The position numbers and the translations under genes are program-made. Below are positions 18,312 through 25,287 of a stretch of DNA of 44,951 nucleotides, in pieces. Each line of letters opens with the position of its first letter. Within the stretch, counting starts at the first letter, position 1. Origin of the DNA: a virus (taxonomy: Duplodnaviria > Caudoviricetes); the IMG/VR virus record IMGVR_UViG_3300009095_000004, positions 1-44,951 of that record. One strand, written 5' to 3'. A model generated the notes under the pieces. It was not told the DNA's origin, searched no databases, and worked only from the letters and a program-made list of their open reading frames with translations.

Positions 18312-19316
18312 ATGAACACGCTGTTTGACAATCTGCCATCCCCCGAATCTCTGCGCGAGAGTGCCGAGCGGGAACGGGCCAGGGCCGTACATGCGGCCGA
18401 ATCGTCGGAATATCCGCGGCTCGCGCGATCGGCTCACAATGGGCTCGCCGATGCCCTGGAAAAGCTCGCCGACACGATCGAATCGACGCCGGCGCCCGAG
18501 ACTACGGGCAATCGGCGCGAGGATCGCCGGGCCCGCCGAATCGCACGGCTGCGGCTGCGTGCGGCCAAGCTGCGGAAAGAGGCGGCCGAGACCTGGGTAG
18601 CCGAACACAACGTCGGCGCCCGCATCCCATTCGGTCAGCCGATTCTCGTCGGCCATCACAGCGAGGGGCGGCACCGGCGCGCGATCGAACGAATGCACCG
18701 GCTGACGGCTAAGGCGCTGGCGCTGCACAATGCGGCCATCGACGCCGAGCAGGCGGCCAGGGCGGCCGAGCGGAACAATGCCATCTATGCCGACGATCCC
18801 GACGCGCCCGACAAGCTGCGCGAGCGGATCGCCGAGCTCGAGCGGAAGCAGGAATTCTTCAAGCGGACCAATGCGGCCATCCGGAAGCGTGACGCCGTCG
18901 CCCTGGCGGATCTGATGGCCAACACGTCCAGCGATCGGCTGCGGGGCATGATCGAACGGCGCGAGACGATTCCGGCCTATGCCCTGTCGAATAACAGCGC
19001 GAACATTCGCCGGCTGCGGGAACGGCTGGCCAAAGTCGAGGCGTTGCAGACGATGACCGAGCGGCCCGAGCGGCGTATCGGTGACGTCGTTGTGCGTGAC
19101 AATCTCGAGTTTCAGAAGGTCGAGCTGCACTTCCCGGGCAAGCCTGACGAGAGCCTGCGGCGTGATCTGAAGAGATGGGGCTTTCGCTGGGTGCGATCGG
19201 CCGGCTGCTGGTCGCGCGGGATCGGCAGCGTGACGGAAGCGCGGCTCGAGATGCTCGCCGAGCGTCTGGGCCAGGAGATTACCAGTGCCGGCCCTGTGGG
19301 CCAGGAGCAGAGCTGA
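18312..19316 (+). CDS. DUF3560-domain protein (334 aa)
   Basis: Signature IPFGQPILVGHHSEGRHRR; DDPDAPDKL; LSNNSANIRR; C-terminal FPGKPD..LK..GFRW. Confidence 0.85.
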   Translation: MNTLFDNLPSPESLRESAERERARAVHAAESSEYPRLARSAHNGLADALEKLADTIESTPAPETTGNRREDRRARRIARLRLRAAKLRKEAAETWVAEHNVGARIPFGQPILVGHHSEGRHRRAIERMHRLTAKALALHNAAIDAEQAARAAERNNAIYADDPDAPDKLRERIAELERKQEFFKRTNAAIRKRDAVALADLMANTSSDRLRGMIERRETIPAYALSNNSANIRRLRERLAKVEALQTMTERPERRIGDVVVRDNLEFQKVELHFPGKPDESLRRDLKRWGFRWVRSAGCWSRGIGSVTEARLEMLAERLGQEITSAGPVGQEQS

Positions 19317-19440
19317 TGCCTGAGGGAAACGAACTGACCAACACGTTTATCGACCTGGAATAACGCCCCGCGCCCGACCGTCTCACGAGGCGGGAGGGCC
19401 TGGAGCGTTGGGCTTCGGGAGCAATGGAAGGAAAAGAGCC

Positions 19441-19767
19441 ATGTCCAAGATCGAAAAGTTCATCTATCCGTGGGGGCGTGAGGAGTTCGAGGCGACGTAT
19501 CATGCTGGCGAGCTGGCCGAGGCGGATCGCGAGTCAGCGAAGGCCGAGGGGCTGACCGAAGCCGATATCATGGCCCGCGTGCGGGAGTGGGCCGACGATC
19601 TGGGCCGCACGATCCTGCGGAAGGATGCACCTCTTGCTGACCGTCTGCGTGAGTGGCTGGACCTGCACTCGCCGGCTCTGTCGGATGCAGAGCTGCACGA
19701 TCGCCTCATGCGTGACCTGCTGGCGGCGCGTGGCCTGACGATGGAATCGGCCGTTTCGCCCGCCTGA
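19441..19767 (+). CDS. Hypothetical protein
   Basis: GGAAGGA RBS before MSKIEK. Confidence 0.55.
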   Translation: MSKIEKFIYPWGREEFEATYHAGELAEADRESAKAEGLTEADIMARVREWADDLGRTILRKDAPLADRLREWLDLHSPALSDAELHDRLMRDLLAARGLTMESAVSPA

Positions 19768-19834
19768 CCGACCATCACCGGCGCCCCTTGCGAGGGGCCT
19801 CGGCCTTGGCCGGGAATGTCGAGGAGGTTCGACC

Positions 19835-20527
19835 ATGAAAGTGATTCTGTACGCCCGTTTTTCCCCGCGCCCGAACGCCGACGAGTGCGATTCCGTCGAA
19901 AAGCAGATCGCTGATATGCGGGAATACTGCCAGCGGAACAAACACGAGATCGTCGCCGAGTTTTTCGACAAGGCGTTGAGTGGCGCCGACGACGACCGGC
20001 CCGGCCTGGCCGATGCGTTCAGTAACTTACGTCGCGGCTACGCGCTCGTCGTCCGCAGCCTCGACCGGCTCGCCCGCGACAATCTGATGTCTGAGGTCTA
20101 CCGGCGCGAGATCGCCCGCCGCGGGGCGTTTCTGCTCACTCTGGACGGCATCGGCGTAGCGGACGAGACGGCCGAACAGGCATTTATGCGGATGATCTTC
20201 CAGGCTCAGGCCGAATATCAGCGCCGCAAGATTCGGGAAACCACGTCGGCCCGCATGCGGCAGCACCAGGCCAACGGCCGGCGGATGAGCGCGCGGACGC
20301 CGTACGGGGTGGTCGCCGATCCGGCCCGGCCCGGCATGATGATCGAGGACGCCGAAGAGCAGGCGAACATCGCGCGGATTCTCGAGCTTCGCCGGCAGGG
20401 GCTGGGCTATCGCGAAATCAGCCGAAAGCTCAATGAGCAGGGCATCACGTGTCGCGGCGGACGCTGGAACCATGTGACGGTGATGCGGATCATCGCCCGG
20501 GCGGAATCGGCTGCGCTCGCCCGGTAA
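19835..20527 (+). CDS. Serine recombinase (resolvase catalytic domain plus short C-terminal DNA-binding domain, 230 aa)
   Basis: YARFS catalytic Ser, D..LSG...RPGL, LVVRSLDRLARD, PYG, C-terminal 'GYREISRKLNEQGI..RGGRW..TV.RI'. Confidence 0.9.
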   Translation: MKVILYARFSPRPNADECDSVEKQIADMREYCQRNKHEIVAEFFDKALSGADDDRPGLADAFSNLRRGYALVVRSLDRLARDNLMSEVYRREIARRGAFLLTLDGIGVADETAEQAFMRMIFQAQAEYQRRKIRETTSARMRQHQANGRRMSARTPYGVVADPARPGMMIEDAEEQANIARILELRRQGLGYREISRKLNEQGITCRGGRWNHVTVMRIIARAESAALAR

Positions 20528-20542
20528 GTTACCGTTCGGCGC

Positions 20543-20578
20543 GAGAGGCCCCGGCATTCATGCCGGGGAGGATGTCAA
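20543..20578 (+). repeat. IS200/IS605-type end hairpin, copy 1
   Basis: GAGAGG-CCCCGGCA-TTCA-TGCCGGGG-AGGATGTCAA. Confidence 0.75.
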
Positions 20579-20602
20579 TGACTGTGCTAAGGGCGAGCCA
20601 TC

Positions 20603-21763
20603 ATGGCGACCACGTGCTCTAAATGTTCAAGGTCGACAGAGAAGGACCGGCTTCCGCCCGGATGGAAGCGGCACCGTGACGAGGTTTGGTGCCGCGAGTG
20701 CTGGGGCCGCGTCTATGTGATGCGAGCCGTCGAGGTGGCGGTCGCTTCGCCGGTCGATTCGACGTGGGAGGAGCTGCGGGCCGTGCTCCGCGACGCGTGG
20801 CGGGACGCAACGCGGCTGGCGAATTGGGCTGTGCAACGGATGTACGCTGCGGAGCCGGCGCATGATCCGGAAGCGAAGAAGGTGCCGAAACATCCGCTTC
20901 CGTACCTGTACCAAGAGGCACGAGTGGTCGCGCCGGCTGTCGATCCGGCCAGCACGACCAGCATTTTGCAGGCGGTGCAGCGCCGCTATATGGCGCGCCG
21001 CATGGACATCCGGCGTGCATCAATCTCGCTGCCGACGGTCCGCTTCCCGATGCCGCTACCGATCCACAACCAGTCATGGAGACTTGAGCGTGACGACGGC
21101 GGCCGCCTGATGGTTTCGTTCCGCCTGGGCGGCGCGCGGCGACGCCTCTACCTGCGCGGCGGGTCGGAGTGGAGGCGGCAAATGGCTGTGATCCGGCAGA
21201 TCGAATCCGGCGAGCTGCTGGCCGGCGAGCTTTCGATCTACCAGCGCCCGTATGTGCCAGGAAAAAACAACCCACTGATGGTCAAGATCGCCGTGTGGCG
21301 TGCGAAGAAGGTAAACGAGCGGCGCGGCGAGACGCTCTACGTGCGCACTGGATCGCCTGCGTTGTGGACCTACCGTGTCGGTGACGGCGAACCTCGACAC
21401 CTCTACGCGGACCACCTGGACAGGTGGATCACCACGTACGAGCAGTGGCGGCAGCGCATGGCCGAGGATTCGAAGTACGAGAAGCGCGTACCCAAATCCG
21501 CACAGCGCGGCATGCAGGAGGCGCGCGACCGACGGGCACGAAAGCACGCGGACCGCATGAACTCGTTCCTGCACATGAGCGCCGCGATGCTGGTGGGGTT
21601 CGCGCGTCGTAACGGCGTGTCGCGTATCGAGTACGACGACACAGATCGGAGCCGGTTCGCGTCGTTCCCGTGGGCCAAAATGTCCCTCATGGTGTCGCAG
21701 AAGGCCGAAGAATCCGGTATAGAGTTTGTTTCGAGCGGCGGCGAGTCGATCGAAGCACAGTGA
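20603..21763 (+). CDS. Nuclease-dead, C-terminally truncated Cas12f (V-F/V-U3)-like effector with N-terminal Zn finger (386 aa)
   Basis: By-eye collinear similarity to AsCas12f1-type proteins (P.D.tWeE, R...SlP, I.SGE, LH..aa.lV.fA...G...I, W......KAEEsGI); RuvC-I Asp replaced (LYVRTG); no RuvC-III or C-terminal Zn finger; adjacent to a CRISPR array. Confidence 0.8.
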   Translation: MATTCSKCSRSTEKDRLPPGWKRHRDEVWCRECWGRVYVMRAVEVAVASPVDSTWEELRAVLRDAWRDATRLANWAVQRMYAAEPAHDPEAKKVPKHPLPYLYQEARVVAPAVDPASTTSILQAVQRRYMARRMDIRRASISLPTVRFPMPLPIHNQSWRLERDDGGRLMVSFRLGGARRRLYLRGGSEWRRQMAVIRQIESGELLAGELSIYQRPYVPGKNNPLMVKIAVWRAKKVNERRGETLYVRTGSPALWTYRVGDGEPRHLYADHLDRWITTYEQWRQRMAEDSKYEKRVPKSAQRGMQEARDRRARKHADRMNSFLHMSAAMLVGFARRNGVSRIEYDDTDRSRFASFPWAKMSLMVSQKAEESGIEFVSSGGESIEAQ

Positions 21764-21878
21764 AAAGTGAATATGGCTACCGCCAAGCCAATCGTGAGCA
21801 AGGCCGGACGCCAGGCGCGCCGGACCGCTCGCGGAACGCCGTTTAAGTGTCGGGGATATCTGGTTTTCCAGCGGACCC

Positions 21879-22352
21879 CGAAGAACCGTTCTTTAAGCTT
21901 GGATCGGGCTGCGGGGACCTTCCCCATGATAGTGCGACGGCTGCGGCCTCTCGAAGAACCGTTCTTTAAGCTTTGATCGGGCTGCGGGACCGCATCGCGA
22001 TTACGCGCACGGCCGTGACAGTCGAAGACCCGTTGCTTAAGCTTGGATCGGGCTGCGGGGAGATGGATCTGCTACTGAGCCACTACACACCCGCAGCGAA
22101 GACCCGTTGCTTAAGCTTGGATCGGGCTGCGGGCTAGGCTCGCGCGGCACGAAGCCCACCCCGTGGTCACGAAGACCCGTTGTTTAAGCTTGGAACGGGC
22201 TGCGGGTGGGTGCCGCAGAAGCGGCAATCCTGCAACTCCTCCATGAAGACCCGTTGTGTAAGCTTGGATCGGGCTGCGGGTTGGCTCTGTCGCTGCGTCG
22301 CGACGCGACACTTCTCGAAGACCCGTTGCTTAAGCTTGGATCGGGCTGCGGG
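21879..22352 (+). CRISPR. CRISPR array: 7 repeats of 37 nt, 6 spacers of 34-37 nt
   Basis: Consensus CGAAGACCCGTTGCTTAAGCTTGGATCGGGCTGCGGG at 21879, 21952, 22023, 22097, 22170, 22244, 22316; unique spacers; orientation inferred from the upstream gene. Confidence 0.95.
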
Positions 22353-22384
22353 CAAGCTGCTCCGCGACCGCCAGGCGGAGAGGA

Positions 22385-22419
22385 GGAATCTCCGGCCTTC
22401 AGGCCGGGGAGGATGTCAA
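22385..22419 (+). repeat. IS200/IS605-type right-end hairpin, copy 2
   Basis: GGAAT-CTCCGGCC-TTCA-GGCCGGGG-AGGATGTCAA (GAAT guide and TCAA cleavage tetranucleotide as in the IS608 right end). Confidence 0.78.
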
Positions 22420-22522
22420 GCTTGCCGGCCTCGCACCCGATCGCCCTACGGGGCGGGAGGGTATTGGGCTGTTTGGGTAGTTTCACGCATGGAGGCGCTA
22501 CGCATGCTTGCCGAGACACACC

Positions 22523-22777
22523 ATGCAGAACGTAATGAAGATAGGCGGAAAGAAGTTGACGGGATTCAAGGTCGTCCAGCCGGCGAGTGTCGAGGATGCG
22601 GCCGTTGTCGAGGCGGTGGTATTCCGCATCGAGGGGCAGCGCCACGAGCTTACGGGCGAACGCCTGGCCGGCTCGGTCCCTCTGCGTGCGCTCATCGAGT
22701 GGGCGCATCGCGAAGGCTATCTGTCGTGGTGCGACGATCCACGCAACCGGGGTGAGCTGGATTGGGTGAGGCGGTAG
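22523..22777 (+). CDS. Hypothetical protein, last gene of the plus arm
   Basis: ORF converging on the minus arm. Confidence 0.45.
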   Translation: MQNVMKIGGKKLTGFKVVQPASVEDAAVVEAVVFRIEGQRHELTGERLAGSVPLRALIEWAHREGYLSWCDDPRNRGELDWVRR

Positions 22778-22788
22778 CCCCACGCACG

Positions 22789-23040
22789 TCAGTACTCCTC
22801 CCCCAGCCGCACCGCGCGGCCATCCAGCAGCGCCCGCGCGGCCTCGGCGGGTGAAGCGTCCTTCCATACACCCACGTACACCTGCCACGTTTCCACCGGC
22901 TCGGGGCCGCGTCGCATGCGCTGCATGTTGATTCTGACCTGGTGTGGTGTCGGGCTGCGGTCGGTGAACGTCGAATTGACCAGGCGCGTTCTGCGCCGCA
23001 TCGACGCCGAGAATGTCTTGTGTTTGCGGGTTGGCCTCAT
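22789..23040 (-). CDS. Hypothetical protein
   Basis: ATGA-coupled to rusA. Confidence 0.45.
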   Translation of the reverse strand: MRPTRKHKTFSASMRRRTRLVNSTFTDRSPTPHQVRINMQRMRRGPEPVETWQVYVGVWKDASPAEAARALLDGRAVRLGEEY

Positions 23041-23474
23041 GCAGACTGCTCCATCCGCCCGACACGCACCCGCGCGCCCGGCTGCTTGTCGGCGTACACC
23101 TTCGATACCGATTGCATGACGATCTGCGCGTCGTCTCGCCAGAGGATGCCGGTCAGCGCGTCCTCGATGCAGCGCAGGAGCTTCGTCGCGTCGGGCTTCG
23201 AGGTCGGGTACGCCGGGGCGGACGCCTTGACGCCGTTACGTCCGAAGTGCCCCTTCGGTCGCGGCATGTGGAAATCGACAGAGAGGTAGAGCGGCCCGTC
23301 GAGCGGGCTCGCATCGTCGCCTACCGCGGTGGTCGCCACGAACCGAACGTCGCCGCGCCAGTCTTTGCCCTTCTTGCAGTCGTCGATGACGATGATCCTG
23401 CCGGTCTTGGCGTTACGGAACGCCCGCTTCGAGCCCGCCGGCTTCGGTACGCCTGGGACGAAAAACTCAATCAT
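23037..23474 (-). CDS. rusA: RusA-family Holliday junction resolvase
   Basis: FFVPGVPKPAGSKR; F.MPRPKGH; KPDATKLLRCIEDALTGILWRDDAQIV. Confidence 0.9.
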   Translation of the reverse strand: MIEFFVPGVPKPAGSKRAFRNAKTGRIIVIDDCKKGKDWRGDVRFVATTAVGDDASPLDGPLYLSVDFHMPRPKGHFGRNGVKASAPAYPTSKPDATKLLRCIEDALTGILWRDDAQIVMQSVSKVYADKQPGARVRVGRMEQSA

Positions 23475-23485
23475 CCGTGATCTCC

Positions 23486-23794
23486 TCACGCTCGCACCCC
23501 GTGTGTGTAGAGGAAGTTCGTCGCGCCATCGAGGCTGTCGTACTCATGCAGGCAGTGCAGACGGATGCGGAAATCGTCCGCGTCGCCTTTGAGTAGCGCG
23601 TTGCAGATACCGCCGATCCAGCGATAGAACGCATCAGAGCCCATCCTGCACGACAAGCAGCACTCCGTGTTGTCGAAGTCGGGCGGGTCGATGAACGGCC
23701 CGTACGCCCCGAGTGCGATGTCTTTCAGTCGTTGCCGCAGCGCCGCCTTTTCGGTGGCTTCGATCTGTGCTTTCGTGGGTTTCTTCTTGCTCAT
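23486..23794 (-). CDS. Hypothetical protein
   Basis: ORF with RBS in the minus-strand operon. Confidence 0.5.
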   Translation of the reverse strand: MSKKKPTKAQIEATEKAALRQRLKDIALGAYGPFIDPPDFDNTECCLSCRMGSDAFYRWIGGICNALLKGDADDFRIRLHCLHEYDSLDGATNFLYTHGVRA

Positions 23795-23838
23795 TGTTCA
23801 TCCTTCCCGATCCGCGTCAGGATCGCGACGAGGTCTTT

Positions 23839-24162
23839 TCATCCCGTCACCTCGCGTTCGGCGTCATTCCGAATCTTGTGCCAGATCGCCGTGTTGCAGA
23901 CGCATCCCCGGAATCCATCGTCGCACACGTGGTTGTAGGCGATCTCCGCGTCCCGCTCCCGCTGCTCCGCCCGCGCCTCGGCCAGGGCGGCGGTGAGGGC
24001 GGAAGCGATTGCGAGGCGAAAGGCCTTCGCGAGCGGACTCGTCTCACAGCCCGGTTCGGCCGCCACGAACTCGTCGGCGATGTAGACACAAGCGAAACCA
24101 TCTTCTGGCTTCACCCTCACCAACTCCCGCGCCACGCGCTCGGCTCGTTCGGCGTCAGTCAT
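23839..24162 (-). CDS. Hypothetical phage protein
   Basis: ATGA coupling; 'QRERDAEIA..C..IR' is a common phage motif. Confidence 0.5.
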   Translation of the reverse strand: MTDAERAERVARELVRVKPEDGFACVYIADEFVAAEPGCETSPLAKAFRLAIASALTAALAEARAEQRERDAEIAYNHVCDDGFRGCVCNTAIWHKIRNDAEREVTG

Positions 24163-24551
24163 GGGGCACCTCCGGTCGAGGCGTCGTAAGCTTCGAGAGC
24201 TTGATCGAGCTTGGTACGGGCACGGCTCCGGCCGACGGGGTCGCCAGTCACCTCCTGGTGCAGCATGCCTTCGACCGCCTCCACCACGCGCCGCGCGGCG
24301 CGGACCTCGGCGAGAAGGGCGGGGAGGGCGTTGACGGCGGCCGCGACAAAGTTGGAGTCATTGCGGAACTGCTCGCCAAAGAACGGCACGCGGCGCTCGG
24401 GGTCGCGATAGACGTACGCGACCGGACTCAGCTCGCCGAATTCGTCCTCGGTGTAGCTGTCCATGTCGGTGCGGCTGTGGCCCCATTCGCCCTGCGTCCG
24501 TGCCGCGTTCAATTTCTCCAGCTCGTCAATCTGCTCGTCGCTCAGTCGCAT
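24159..24551 (-). CDS. Ead/Ea22-like phage protein
   Basis: 'ART.GEW...DSNFVAAAVNALPALLAEVR' motif. Confidence 0.6.
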   Translation of the reverse strand: MRLSDEQIDELEKLNAARTQGEWGHSRTDMDSYTEDEFGELSPVAYVYRDPERRVPFFGEQFRNDSNFVAAAVNALPALLAEVRAARRVVEAVEGMLHQEVTGDPVGRSRARTKLDQALEAYDASTGGAP

Positions 24552-24781
24552 GATGCCTCCAGTTTTCTGCACGCCTCAACGGCGGCGTCGTAGGCGGCGG
24601 CGAAGGTGGGGAAGGATGCGCCTCGTACGTACGGGTCGTGGCTGAACACACCGGATTCGCACAAAGGGGAGTATCCGGTGTCCGCTTTTAACGCGAACCA
24701 CTCACCTGTCCCTTCGACCGTGATCGATACTCCATGCCGCGCCAGCATCGCCATCTCTGCGGCGTAGTCGCGATCGCTCAT
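24542..24781 (-). CDS. Hypothetical protein
   Basis: GGAGG RBS. Confidence 0.5.
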   Translation of the reverse strand: MSDRDYAAEMAMLARHGVSITVEGTGEWFALKADTGYSPLCESGVFSHDPYVRGASFPTFAAAYDAAVEACRKLEASCD

Positions 24782-24808
24782 GATTCCTCCAGTATCCGCC
24801 GCGCTCGG

Positions 24809-25216
24809 CTACGCGACGGCTCCCCGGCAATAACTGCATGACTTGCCCGTTCGGCTGTGAACAACCCGCCCGCGTCCGCAACGGCACGGACGATCTGTCG
24901 GCGGGACAAGCTTGACCTCCGGCACCGGCAGCGATTCCGTCTCTTGCATGATTGCGTCGATGAGATCCTGTCCGACCTGCTGAAGGTGCGTTACGACGGT
25001 TGTGTAGTGGCAGTCGAGCAGTTCGCCGATCAGCATGAGCGTGAGCCCGAGCCGCTTACGCAGTACGTAGGACACAGCCCGGCGGGCTCGCGACTCGACC
25101 ATGCCCTTCCGCCCCGTCAACACGTCCACAACGCTCGCGCCGCACAGCCGGGCGGCGATCCCCGCGACGGTCAGTACGTAGGCGTCAAGGTCCGGGGTGG
25201 GAATGATGCGACGCAT
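24809..25216 (-). CDS. Stand-alone DnaA domain IV-like HTH protein with C-terminal Cys cluster
   Basis: 'SRARRAVSYVLRKRLGLTLMLIGELLDCHYTTVV' parallels DnaA 'RQIAMYL.R....SL..IG..F..RDHTTV'. Confidence 0.7.
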   Translation of the reverse strand: MRRIIPTPDLDAYVLTVAGIAARLCGASVVDVLTGRKGMVESRARRAVSYVLRKRLGLTLMLIGELLDCHYTTVVTHLQQVGQDLIDAIMQETESLPVPEVKLVPPTDRPCRCGRGRVVHSRTGKSCSYCRGAVA

Positions 25217-25287
25217 TACCAATCCTCCTAATCAAACAACCCGACGATCTGCCGTTCCGGGTTGAACCCGGCGGGGCACCTATCTGC

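Larger units (their letters stand above)
20533..22419 (+). mobile_element. Putative non-autonomous IS200/IS605-like element carrying the dCas12f-like gene and CRISPR array
   Basis: Preceded by TTAC (20529-20532); two same-orientation subterminal hairpins each followed by AGGATGTCAA; ends in TCAA; no tnpA. Confidence 0.55.
17412..22461 (+). repeat. Dispersed intergenic hairpin family, 6 copies: 17412-17437, 17824-17849, 18242-18267, 19373-19398, 19778-19803, 22436-22461
   Basis: Each has a 3-bp stem, 2x2 internal loop, 6-bp stem and 4-nt loop, with compensatory changes between copies. Confidence 0.8.

Noticed and set aside
19835-21763. IS607 element (serine TnpA plus TnpB)
   Set aside because: The recombinase has its catalytic domain at the N-terminus and no N-terminal HTH, and an IS605-type hairpin lies between the two genes
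20603-21763. Active TnpB/Cas12f nuclease, or a simple pseudogene
   Set aside because: Catalytic residues and RuvC-III are missing, yet the ORF is intact and next to a well-kept array; I saw no frameshifted Zn-ribbon remnant downstream
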